From Squalus acanthias (lineage: Eukaryota), in NCBI GenBank assembly GCA_030390025.1, contig CM059438.1, forward strand, positions 70,062,001-70,126,000: a stretch of 64,000 bases of DNA, given 5' to 3'. A model generated the notes under the pieces. The model was not told where the DNA came from and made no database searches. It worked only from the letters and a program-made list of their open reading frames with translations. Below, one piece after another: positions 37,164 through 49,554 of the stretch. A program made the position numbers and the translations under genes. Numbering within the stretch: the first letter of the stretch is position 1; every line of letters begins with the position of its first letter.

Positions 37164-37790
37164 GTTTTTTATTCATTCTTGGGATATGGGCCTCAATAGC
37201 AAGGCTAGTATTTATTGCCCATCTCCAGTTGCCATCGAGAAGGTGGTGGTGAGCCACCTTCTTGAACCGCTGCAGTCCATGTGGTGAAGGTACTCCCACA
37301 GCAATGTTCCTCCTAGTTTGTTTTGGGTGTGCAGCCCCTTTAAGCGGCTGCATGGCTCATTCACACTTTCACGCATGCGTAAAACTTAACATTGAAAAAG
37401 CCGGACCAGGGCTGCGTGGGACCGGCAGAGAGCTGCCTGTGCAGCTTATAGCTAAAATTTTCCCAAAGTGCTGTTGGGTATTGAGTTCCAGGATTTTGAG
37501 CCAGCAGCGATGAAGTTACGGTGATATATGTCCAAATCAGGATGGTGTGTGATTTGGAAGGGAACTTGGAGGTGATAGTGGCCACATGCACCTGCTGCCC
37601 TTGTCCTTCTAGGTGATGGAGATTGCGGGTTTGGGAGAAGCCTTGGCAAGTTGCTGCAGTGTATCATGTAGATAGTACACACTGCAGCCACAGTGCACCA
37701 GTGGTGAAGGGAGTGGATGTTTAATGGCAACTAGGGATGAACAATATATGCTGGCCTTTCTAGCGATGTTCATATCCCAAGAATGAAAGT
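37164..37790 (-). mobile_element. CR1-group LINE (second family) 3' end, with a nested MITE and an adjoining oppositely oriented tail
   Basis: Reverse complement of about 38245-38656; LNIHSLHHW. A + strand tail piece lies at about 37727-37790. Confidence 0.8.
37302..37460. mobile_element. Second, more decayed copy of the hAT MITE seen at 31286
   Basis: Left TIR CAATGTTCC, colinear internal sequence, TSD TCCCACAG/TCCCAAAG (7 of 8 match). Confidence 0.75.
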
Positions 37791-37971
37791 AAATAATCCT
37801 AATATCTCTCTGTGGCCAAGAAGTTATTAAGTGCACAAAATGTAAAACCTATTTTATTTTCATCAAGCCATTGTTAATCCATGTTTAATGAGATATTAGC
37901 TCCAGTTCGAAGAACTCAATCTTTGTACCAGTGAGATCCCCATTGTATTTGTGCATTACCTACCATTTTTG

Positions 37972-38656
37972 CCATCAACATCCTGGGGGCTCACCATTGA
38001 CCAGAAACTTAACTGGACCAGCCGCATAAATATTGTGGCAACAAGAGCAGGTCAGAGGTTAGGTATTCTGTGGCGAGTGTCTCACCTCCTGATTCCCCAA
38101 AGCCTTTCCACCATCTACAAGGCACAAGTAAGGAGTGTGATGGAATACTCTCCACTTGCCTGGATGAGTGCAGCGCCAACAACACTCAAGAAGCTTGACA
38201 CCATCCAGGACAAAGCAGCTCACTTGATTGGTACCCCATCCACCACCTTAAACATTCACTCCCTCCACCACTGGCGTACCGTGGCTACAGTGTGTACCAT
38301 CTACAAGATGCACTGCAGCAACTCGCCAAGGCTTCTTCGGCAGCACCTCCCAAACCTGCGACCTCTTCCACCTAGAAGGACAAGGGCAGCAGGCACATGG
38401 GAACACCATCAACTCATGTTTCCCTCCAAGTCACACACCATCCTGACTTAGAAGTATATCGTCGATCCTTCATCGTCACTGGGTCAAACTCCTGGAACTC
38501 CCTCCCTAACAGCACTGTTGGGAGTACCTTCACCACACGGACTGCAGCGGTTCAAGAAGGCGGCTCACCACCACCTTCTCAAGGGCAATTAGGGATGGGC
38601 AATAAATCCTGGCCTTGCCAGCGACGCCCACATCCCATAAACAAATTTAAAAAAAA
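37972..38656 (+). mobile_element. CR1-group LINE (second family) 3' end
   Basis: ORF 37951..38451 LTIDQKLNW..QRLGILWRV..IYKAQVRSVMEY; tail gggcaataaat...gcccacatcccat followed by an A-rich end. Confidence 0.88.
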
Positions 38657-39759
38657 TTCTGGCTGGTCTGTTTTCCGAACTGGTTAACTGCTCTCACCAC
38701 TTTAAATTTTTGTTCTGCTGAAAATATCAGCATATTTCTTTAGAGTCAGAGCATCCAGCGTTGTTATCTTGAAGTGAAGGCCTTTTTGCTCCAATTAGAC
38801 ACTTGATCAGAGTTAGGTATTAAAATTGTATTGTCGCATGTTGCCTGACGACTACTATTTACGTGGTCTACCACCAGACAATTTGCAAGTTCAAAGTAAA
38901 TGCAGAACTAAACCATTTACAAATCATCAAATCTGTGACAGGAGTTGTGCAATGGAAAATTTCTCAAACTATTTCCCTGCGAACTCAGAATAGGTGATGA
39001 GGTTATTCACATGAAAGGAACTGACTATTAAGGAAACTTCAGCTTTCTAAAGGTAACTGTTACCTTTCCAAGTTTGTTTAAAATGTGTACGTCAGTAATG
39101 TGATGCTTCAAAAGAAGTTCAACATTTATTTGATGTATTGCTGGATTAGAAAGAAAAACCTTTGAATGTCATGTACCTTCTGACAGTGCTTATGGTTCAT
39201 GATGAAAATTTTGAAAGATACGGATTAAATTAGATTTGTGTTCTTCAACTAGGAGTAATGTATTAAAGTCACTTGTAGTCTTTGTCTATTTTCTTGAATA
39301 TATTTCTTCCATCATTCTGAATTGTCATTGTTTATGTAAATAGAATTCTGATTGTTCCATAATGAATACTTTTGATGTCTTTTTTGTACTCGTGGTTCAA
39401 GTGCGTTCTTTTGAAACTTTTCAACATTGACCCTTTTCCACTACAAAGATTAAGCTCAAAAGCTAGGATAACGCTCCAGTGCAGAACCAAGGAGTGTTGT
39501 GTTGTCAAAGGTGCTGCCATCGATGGTAGATCAAATCAAGACCCATCGCTTTTTTTCTGGTGGTTCAGATGGCAAACCTTCTTCCATGAACCAATGATGT
39601 CATAAAAAATTCATTTCCATCATTGTTCATGGGATCCTGCTGTGTCTAAAATGGCATCTATATACTTGAAAGTAATTCTGTGCACAGGAAGCACTTTGAG
39701 ACATTACTGAGGGATGTGATAAGACACTGTATATTTATTTGGCCTCTTTATTGTTATAG

Positions 39760-39897
39760 GTCTACCTACAGCCTGGGTCAAGGTTTATGGCTGCCAGTCA
39801 GTAAAAGCTTTGTCGTGCCTCCGGTGGAGCTGTCCATCAGTCCTTTGGCCAGCTGCAAGACCGATGTCCTAGTCACAGAGGATACAGGAGAGGTCAG
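39760..39897 (+). CDS. ASTN2: Astrotactin-2 internal coding exon, 138 bp
   Basis: Acceptor ctctttattgttatAG, donor GTaaga. Translates (R)[45 protein letters not shown](R), visible in ORF 39680..39901 and matching recalled ASTN2. Confidence 0.96.
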
Positions 39898-41443
39898 GTA
39901 AGATACCAATCGCAGGCACAAAATGGAGGGATAAGGACATTTTAATTGTGTTGATGTGATTGTATCATCCGGAAATCAAATTGGAAAAGCATTTGCCAGC
40001 TGTTATTTCTAATTCATCAAATTCATGGAACAATTTGCAGTATGATGGATGTTGCTTTATCTGTTTATTCAGTTTTCTAATTTGGCTTTCCATCATTGTC
40101 TGTGACATGCATATCAAATTAGAACATTCTTTATTTACCTTTTCTGGCTGAATTATTATTTCTGCTGCCGGTTGAGGTATTGTCGAGTCCCATCAACGAT
40201 GTGGAAAGGTTCAAGTTTTTTTTTTCTTGTGGGTTGAGACTGTCTTGATGCTTGAGTCCTGAAAAATACTTATTTTTTTAAACCTTTGTTATATTTCTGA
40301 GTCTTTTTACCCTTATTACTCTCTATTATTACCTAGTGGAAACTCCACCCCTATATCTTTATGTATGTAACAGTTCTTCTATATTTTTACGAACTGCAGA
40401 ATTTTCTGATTAGCTTATTTTCATTGAGAAGATCTGTTCAGATTCCTCTCTTCACGGACACTTGATCTAATTGAAACATTTTTGAAAAACTCCAGGCTTT
40501 TAAATACCAATCCCCCCCCCCCCCCCCCCCCCGCAAAAAAAAAGTTACAGGAGTTTTGTGGAATTTAAATGGCTGCCTCCTAACTTCAAAAAGAGCTGCC
40601 AATTTTACACATATCTGAATCAATGACACAGAGCGTTTGTGTTTGAATTGCTGTGGCTTGGTGGTTCTTTCAATTCTGAAAGAGATGAGTAACCCTTAAA
40701 GTATAGGGCTGAATTTTCCGGGGTGGTAGCAGGTGCGATCGGTGGTGGGTCGGGTGGGAAAGTTGTTTTTTTTGACCCGGTCGGGAACCCACTGTCAACT
40801 CGCTCCCCCGTGCCTTTCCCACAGGCGTGTCTGTCATCCTGGAGCTAACCTGACCTGCAGCGGCGGGGAACCCAATTTAAATCATTATGAGGTACTTTAC
40901 AGGCACTTAAGAGCCTTTCCCCCCCATACTTTTTTAATTTTCCTGCATGGCCACGGTATTCACACAGCTCGGGAACCACGTCTGTCAACCTGAGGCGTGA
41001 GTTCGGTGGCCATTGCTGCAGCTGATTACTTGACAGCATGGAAAACAAACCAAAATAAAAACATGTTCATTACATTAGCTAACAGATTGATGGAGATTCT
41101 GTTCTACTGGAAAAGCTACTGGTAAATGTTAATTCAGAAATTCCTGAAGGGATGTAAATGGCAAGGGAAATACATTTTTCACTGGCCATTCTCGGCTGTT
41201 GCCTTCCAACTCAACAGTAATCGCAGTGAATTGATCTGCACTATAAAAAATGACATATACCATTTAAATAAATTGTTGTGTTGTTTCTGGTCAGGTTTTT
41301 CTCACAGTATATTGTGACTGTCCAGTTACACATTAAATCAAGTCATCAACCGTAACAATTTTATTCTCATCACTCATTCCACTGGTTCGAATTGCTTTCA
41401 GTCCCTGAATATGACTAATGTAATTTTTCAGTCTGAGACTTTA

Positions 41444-41600
41444 GGGTGAATTTCTGCAGGAGGTTCTCTCACTTGTCCATTGTTAACTTCAACGGAAGAG
41501 CTGCAGAAATCCCTGGAACACACTGTAAACACCACTTACATTGTTTGTCAGGGATTCCGCAGCTCTTCCGCTAAACTTGCATAAGATTGTAAATCCACCC
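41444..41600. mobile_element. Short palindromic MITE-like element
   Basis: Ends GGGTGAATTT and AAATCCACCC; internal hairpin at 41493-41570. Confidence 0.6.
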
Positions 41601-42518
41601 TTTTACAATTACATTTAAAATCTGCTTAATTTTATGTCTTACCTATACACACACACCTTTTATTTGTACCAGTTACTGTTACAAAAGTCTATAGATTTGT
41701 GACTAAAGCACCAATAACTTCCCAATTAATGTACTTTTAAAATTATGTTCTTGATCGTATTTGTAGATGGGGTCTTATTACTTAATAATATTATTTAAAT
41801 ATTTCTTTGTCACTCATCTATAACTTTTATTATATTATTGTACAGTAAAGATTCAACACCCACTATGTTAGATTAAACTTAAAATTTAATGTGCCCCTGG
41901 TCCCTTTAAGGATCCCAGCTTAAAACGCGTCATGAATGACGTCACCAGACCCGCCGCACCATCTAATTGGGCCGGGTAACTAGCTGGGCGGGCTAAATAG
42001 GCCCCATTAAGGTAAGTTTATTTTGTACAGCGGGATGGAGCCCGCAGCAGGGTCGGGACCCATCATGGACACCGGACCCACCAAGGTAAGGAAAATTCCG
42101 GCCATAGTATCCATTTAGGCCGAGGCATGATTTTTTTCTGGGTGTAGCTGATTTTTAACTCCTTTTGTATCATCACTGAGTTCAAGGGGCCAATGTCAAG
42201 TTAAAATGAGGCAGAAATGCTTTGCTACACCTGATCTTGCCTGTATTCTGTGTCTCCGAGAGAGGATCCACTTTATTCAAAACTGGCTGAAAGCCGCCCT
42301 TAAAGGCCCGATTCAGTGAAACAGAGTTAGGAATTGTGAAGGTTGTATCATATGCACATCAGATCATGGCATCATTTTTAAGTGCTAAATTTAAAGCACT
42401 ACTATTTGACAAATGATTTCATCAGCGGTCTTGCAGTGCAATGATATCCTGACAAGATACCTCACACACACTTCGTAGGGTTAAAATTACAATAAATGCT
42501 GCCCAGAGTTACACTTAT

Positions 42519-43242
42519 GGGCCCCAATTTTAAATGGGGGGGTGGTGGGGGGGGGGGGGCGCGGGCGGGAACGATGCGCACGTGCCCCAAAACAGGTGGC
42601 GCACCCAGAGAGTCCAGGGACGTGGATGCCCTGAAGATCTTAATGGCAGGGCCTCATTTAAACCAATGCTCCAGGAGTCCCACCCGATCTCGGCCAGACC
42701 CAGAACCTGGCCAGCTGGTGGGATCGGAGATTTTGCGGCAGGAGGCCGCAGCCGGGGAGCCGTGGGAACGGTCCCCAGCAGTCAGTGGGACCAGCGGTCT
42801 GGAGGGGATCAGGGGGAAGCCAGGGCTGAAGAGGCCCAAGGACTCCCTGTGGGGGCCCGGTGTGGGGGGCACACTCCTGCTCCTCCTAGCCCACAAGGAA
42901 CTCTTGACAGAAATATATATTTTTTAAACTTACCATGGCCTCTTCTGGCCAATTGCTGCCTCCCACTGTGATTCTTTTGTCAGGTTCCAGACAGTGGGGG
43001 CTCCCCCTGACTTTTTGTTAATGTCACGTTGCGCTGCCGATAATGCCATCGGGCCAGAGTTTTTGCATTTAAATAGACCTCCCATCTGCCTGTAGTGGGA
43101 GGCTCGGTCAATTGAAAGTCGGCGAAACTGAAATGGCACTGGGTGTGAACGAAGCGATCTCAGGCCGGTAAGTTGAATTGGCCTAATTATAACCCCTCCC
43201 ACACACCATTCTCACTGGGCGAGGGGATTAAAATTGCGGCCA
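42519..43242. mobile_element. GC-rich Harbinger-like MITE
   Basis: TIR GGGCCCCAATTTTAA versus reverse-complemented TGGCCGCAATTTTAA (13 of 15 match). TSD not preserved. Confidence 0.6.
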
Positions 43243-44142
43243 CAATTCTCCACCCCAAGAGCACTCCCATCAGCCAGGAGGTCAAGACCAAAAGGAGCCA
43301 AGTGGTGGTAAGTTACGAGGAGCGATAGGAAAAAAAGGAGGCTGTGTCACCTTGGGCCATTTTCTTGGAATGTCTAGCGTCCAATAATGAGAAACAAGAT
43401 AACCTTCCACCGTAATACCAAGGGGTTATTGTTTTGCACTTTATGATACCTCAAGAGAAACAGAAAAAATATATTAAACTGAAGAACATGGGTTACTGAC
43501 AGGGTGACTAACGTATTGCGATTGTTTCTTTGTTAGCTTAAAATCAGCAAATCTCATTTGCAATTTCATCGTGAGCAAAACATAACACTTTGTTACAGAT
43601 TACGACTTTAGCTCTGTACAATTAATTATCCTTTCATTTTGTGAAATGTATGTAAATGATCATACATTCATCTCAACTGTTGACGACCTGTTGCTGTCTC
43701 ATTTGCTGAGGTGCAGATGAGAGCTTTATGCTCCCTCCTCTTAATGAGACTTCACTTTTGTGGGAAAATGTTTTTCATCTTCCAATTACACACGTACATC
43801 TTGAAAAATAATTTGTCCTGTGCAACATGTACCAGCAAACCTAATTCTTTTCGAGTTTTGATGGAAATGATCCTTTAAAAATATGCCGGCACATTCATTA
43901 TCTCGATGTTTTTAAACGGCGAGCTATTTTTAATTGCAATTGCTTTTGAAGTAATGTCATTGTTGTAACGTAGGAAATGCACCAGCCAATCTGCACACAG
44001 CAAGGTACCACAAACAGCAATGAGATACATGGTCAGATAATTTGTTTTAGTGATGCTGGTTATACACAGCCTATCAGATGCAGAAAGATTGAATCTGTAC
44101 TGTGCAGCATTGTTTGATGCTCCTTGCCAGCTCAGCAGATCA

Positions 44143-44656
44143 ATATATAGATAGGGGTGTGGTTAACATCAGGTGCAACTAGCGACCCCCCAACCCCAGT
44201 CCGCAGAATACAGAACCAGGGTGAGGCTATGATTTAGCACATTCACCTGCTAATGTGTACAATACTGTTACTTTAAGGGCATGGTACCCCAGTTTAATTT
44301 TCTTCTCTGTTCAGTTCTTCAAGAGTCATGAGTATCTCCCTCTCTGGGAAAAGTTGAGTGAGAGAGTTGTATTTACACCACCATTTCTACTAAATTATTG
44401 ACAGGGGGTATCTTAAGACTCTTGTGTTGTAATGCAAGGTTAGCAATCAGAACCCTTTGGGAAAATAAGTTGAGATACCTCATGCTCACTTGGCTGTGTA
44501 GTGCTAACTGGTGATGAGAATATTTACTGGTTTTCTTAGATCACTAGCCCATGATTTTCTGCCCATTCACTTTAATGAGTGGAAACCCCAGTCTATCTGT
44601 CAGTTAGTGGAGTTAACTGGTTGCACCTGATGTTAACCATACCCCTGTCTATATAT
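44143..44656. mobile_element. Non-autonomous DNA transposon-like element with about 40-bp TIRs
   Basis: tatatagataggggtgtggttaacatcaggtgcaactag (44144-44182) matches the reverse complement of 44617-44655 at 36 of 39 positions. Confidence 0.65.
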
Positions 44657-45161
44657 AAGCTAGAGTGCACCAAGGATGGGTGCCTAAGAGTAAAAAGCCT
44701 TGCAACTGGAGAGACAGGCAGACAGTGCCACAATAGGCACCCCCCACTAAGTATTTGCATATTAAATAGTATGCACAGATATGCTTATTATTGTGTGTAT
44801 GCATTTACTTTCTGTGATAACTCGAGTCGTTGGGCAGTACAAGGAGAGTGGAGGATGAATGGTCATGGGGGAAATGGTGAACAAAAGTGGAAGCAGTGCA
44901 TTTGCTATAATGGGTTGAGGAGCCAATTTCAGATCCCAAATCCATGCCAACTTAGGGGGATAATGCACCCAAATTGGCAATGGTATGCGATGTGCATCTG
45001 AGTGTGGTTCTGTCCTCTGCCAGTCCCATTTCTGAACTGGTAGATCAGATATTTCATAGCATCGGATGAAGATTGGATGTGGGAATATATATGGCCTCCA
45101 TTTGCCTTTATAAATGGATTATAAAACTCACAGGAGTTTCATTCACCATTTATAGTACGAT

Positions 45162-45276
45162 AGCAAAATACTGCGGATGCTGGAAATCTGAAATAACAAC
45201 AGAAAACGCTGGAAAAACTCAGCAGGCCAGGCAGCATCCGTGGAGAGAGAAAGAGAGTTAACGTTTCAGGTCGATG
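45162..45276 (-). mobile_element. Truncated PLE family A pseudo-LTR (HHR truncated within stem II)
   Basis: Matches 7870-7983. GAAACGTTAAC is present on the minus strand but the CTGANGA half is missing. Confidence 0.8.
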
Positions 45277-46077
45277 TTCAAGCCGGTTGGCCAGTACAAC
45301 AGTTGAACCAAAGCCTGAGAAAGCCAATAGTTTGCACTATCTGTGAAAAGGAGAGTGACCACTAAATCTAGAGACACAAAGGAACGGGAGGAAAGCTATA
45401 GTTGTACTGTGGTAAATGATCAACAACTACATAAAAATGATTATCTTTGTCATTCATTTAATCAAAAGGCATGTTTTGAAGGAGGATGTAAAAAGCAAGA
45501 ATTAAAAGAATATTTTGTCAATTATCCAAAAAGCATAATTACAAGATAATGAAAGTGCTAATCTCTATTAAGGAGGATAATTGGATGATTGAATACTGTT
45601 ACACTCATGGCTTATAATGACCTTAAACTATGAATATCCAATTAGTAAAACAAATTATATTTGAAGTAATCACCATATTACAAAGATGAATGGAAGTCAA
45701 ACTGGTGTGCACCACAGAAGTGTGTATCAAGGCAGTGTTCCTTCATTGAAAATCTTTCTCGTTCAAGTGCTTTAGCGTGCTGCTTTAGAGTGGCTGCCGG
45801 CAATAATCACAGCTCCGCACCTCGATGAAGCAGAGCTCTACATTTCACACACAAATAGATGTGCAGGACGCCACTCACCAACCTTGGAAAATAGTGAAAC
45901 AATTAATGTTCGTGAATAGTTAAATGTTCTGTGGGCTTTGTCACTCTAGAACAGCTGTCGTGAAGCCAGAGCAGTTTGAGATTACTTCCTTAAAGTGGTC
46001 TCAATCAAATTGCCAAAATTTGATTGCTCTCTTGGACCAGTGACTTCAAGCCACATGTATATACAATCACAGTTATA

Positions 46078-46378
46078 TAGAATCATAGAAATTTACGGCA
46101 CAGAAGGAGGCCATTCGGCCATCGTGTCTGTGCCGGCCAAAAAAGAGCTATCCAGCCTAGTCCCACTTTCCAGCTCTTGGTCCGTAGCCTTGTAGGTTAC
46201 GGCACTTCAAGTGCATATCCAAGTACTTTTTAAATGCGATGAGGGTTTCCGTGGTGGGGGTCTGGAACCCACTGCCTGAAAGGGTGGTAGAGGTACCACT
46301 CTTTCAGGCAATGGGTTCCAGATCCCCACCACACCACCCTCTGGGTGAAAAAAGTCCTCCTCAACTCCCTTCTAATCC
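46078..46378 (-). mobile_element. CR1 3' UTR fragment with an internal inverted duplication
   Basis: Colinear with 389-645 except for an extra inverted segment at 46251-46293. Confidence 0.88.
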
Positions 46379-49300
46379 AATTATTGTACATCTGGATCGT
46401 GACTAGCCCAGGAGTGTAGAGATCATTCATGGTGCCCCTATTTCTGTCACAGCTGAGCCCTGCAATCTTAGCAAGGACCAGAGATCAAACCTGGGACCAT
46501 CTGCACAGCCCAGTTCCCTATTGGGCAGCCTGTTCCTACTAATTAAACCATTGGGAGCACAAAGGCCATCTTCTCTGCAGTGCCAATGCTGTGCATGGAT
46601 TCCTTTGACAGTGAGTAATGACTTGCTTTAGAAGCTAATGAATAAATCCTCCAAATCTTACATACGGACCATGAAAAATTAGTATGTGCTTAAAGCAGCA
46701 GCTTTTTGAGAGTGAATAGATAAAATAGCAGAGACTGTGGTAACCCCAGCATCAGGGAAAGAAAAGTTCCTATTAATGATCTGTAGTAGCTGTGGTCCAT
46801 GGCATCCCTGCGTCCCACTTTTAAGTCATGGCCTCTGGGGTAGAAAACCATAGGGCTAACTCGGACAATGCCACAATCGCCATCCCATTATATTGCCCAT
46901 ACCCTTAGCCTCTGAAATCTGTGCTTCTCAATTGGTTCAGACAGGTACAACGTTGCATACATTAATTTGCCCATCACAAACTTAATAAAGCCCTTCATGT
47001 AGACTTCATTGCTAGTTAATTGCTGCTGTATTAACGGTGAGATTGAGAAATGCTTCACTGGTCTTTGCCATCATTACTTACCCGCTCATAAAATACACTC
47101 CTGGCTAACCTTTAGAATTTTTTTTAGACATTATTAAGTAAAACCCGTGGCATGATGATGGATTGCACAATGTGTAGGGTTCGATTTTAATATTTTGAAG
47201 TTGGGTTTGTGTGGGCTGCCAGAAATGGATGCTATCCTGTGGAAGCTGATTCTCCTTTTGGAGTTCCAGTGTAGGTTGCAATGCTGTCTGAAACCTGACT
47301 TAAGCACCAAATCAATGATAAGCTTTCCAGAGAGATTTTGCTCAAAGCCTACTGTTTAATCAATAAAAAATGCCAATAATTTCTACCAGACAGTGACAGC
47401 AGATGCTGGTGATAAATGGCTGACTTAACGTAAAAGGGCAAATTGATTATTTTATTCTCCACCGCCACTTATTCATTACCTCTAAAGCTATTCATTACCC
47501 GCTGTCAAAGGAATCCATCATAATCCACAGCATTGGCACTAAACAGAAGATAGCTATTGTACTCCCAATGGTTTAAGTTGATAAGCACAGACTGTCTATT
47601 AGGGAACTGGGCTGTGCAGACTAGGATGGTCCCACCTTTGATCCCCAGTCCATGGTGAGATTGATGGGCCCATCTGGGTCAGAAATATGGGCGCCACGCT
47701 TGGTCCCATGCACTCCTGGGCTAGTCGCGATCCAGTAACTCCTGCTGAAAAACGTTTTGTGTGTGGACGCTAAGTGGTTCTAACATCTGGGCTAGCTGTG
47801 ATGCCTTCCATGATAAAATAGCCAGTTTAGCCTCACATTAAAACAGTGATCACTTTGGTGAGGCTGACTGGAACCCGTGGAACAAAATCCAGGACGAGTC
47901 AACTCTTTTTGGATGTGAGAGAGAAAAGTGAATGGGAAAAAGATGTCCGATGCCATATTGTTTCGGGTGATATTCAAATGTTCCTAGCACCCACCATTAA
48001 CAGGCATGAGGCCCTTTCCATATGAGAATGAGGGGTCTAACAACAGTTTAAGTATAGCTGCCTACTCAAGCTCAACACAATGGCATTCAGCTTTGGCATC
48101 CTGCCTGAGCTTGAGCTGAGTTGAGCTTCAAAACCTACTAGTCATCATCCAGACAGCCTACTTCCACCTCCGAAACATTGCCTGTCTCTACCTGACACTG
48201 TGGAAAATTGGCCGGGTATGTCCTATCCATAAAAAGCAGGATAAATCTTACCTGGCAAGTTAATGGCCAATGAATCTCCTCCCATTTATCAACAAAATGC
48301 TGGAAAAACTAATCAATAGTGGCATCAAGTTACACCTACCCACCACAACCTGCTCAGCAATGCTCAGTTCAGATTCAGCAAGACCACTCCACCCCAGGAA
48401 GTTATTTTTGATATCCTTTATAATAGTTTGTAAAGGTGTCTAATTTTAATACGTAATGATGATTAGGGGAACCGTGGTGAAAGAACTCACCATTCACATC
48501 AGTTGCAGTACCACTTGGGATTTTTGAAACGTAGCCCAGTTTGTTGTCCCAGGAGTTTCAAGTTAAAACAATATCATTTTTCAGATGTGGATCTGTCCAC
48601 AGGGGGTTGTCAGCGAGAGGCACTGGAGGTTTTATGTCCGCCCCTTCTTGTGCTTCACAGAACCTCAGTTCTATTGTCTACCAATGAATGTGAGGTTACT
48701 AGTGTCATCAAAAAAAAATACTGTTGCACAATGAAGGGCTGAAGGCCACTCTTGTAGATACAAAGTCCCATACAAACATCAGTGTCTTGGCTACCCATAC
48801 TATTTTGTAGTCTAAAATGATAAGAATGGAGTGTAAGGCACCTTCAGTGCTCTGTGGTATGGAATGATAGGACATGATTCTTCATACGAGCTGATCTTCA
48901 GTCTCTATCATGCCATCCAGAGCTGTTCGAATCTGCACCAAGAGCCACTTTTGGGAAAAAATCTGGAACTGCCGACCTAACAGTACTGTGGGAGCACCTT
49001 CACTAGATGGACTGCATGGTTCAAGAAAAAGGTCCACCACCATCTTCTCAAGCAACTAGGGATGGGCCAGAAATGTCAGTCTTGCCAGCAACGCTCACAT
49101 CCTGGGAATTAAAAAAACATCTGAAACTAAACAAAAGCATCGACTTCTTATTTTGTATTGTGTACTTTTTTAAAAAAAAAAAATGATTTCTCCCATGCAA
49201 ACCAACCTAGAAAACAAGCAAAAGCTAACCAGCAGCTTCAGAAGAGCTGACACAGACCCAAAAGAACTGCCAACTCAAAAACAGCCTATGATATGTGAAA

Positions 49301-49554
49301 ACAAATAATTACATTGAAAAATCAATTGGACATGGGCTAGCATTTTAAGCTGTAAGGTGAAGCCAATGTTCTTTCATTCCTACTAATGGGAAAAAAGCCA
49401 AAAAAGTACATGAAAGCTGGAAGTGTTTAAAAAAAATAATGCTCTGTATTTGTCATTGTGACAACAAACTACCTGGGGGTAGAGTTACCACTATGAATCT
49501 ATGGACATACCTCTTGTTCTTGATATTCTGTAGTAATTTTTACTTTTGACCCTC

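Noticed and set aside
42496..42971. GC-rich ORFs as an exon or CpG-island promoter
   Set aside because: They lie within a TIR-bounded MITE-like repeat and show no protein motifs.
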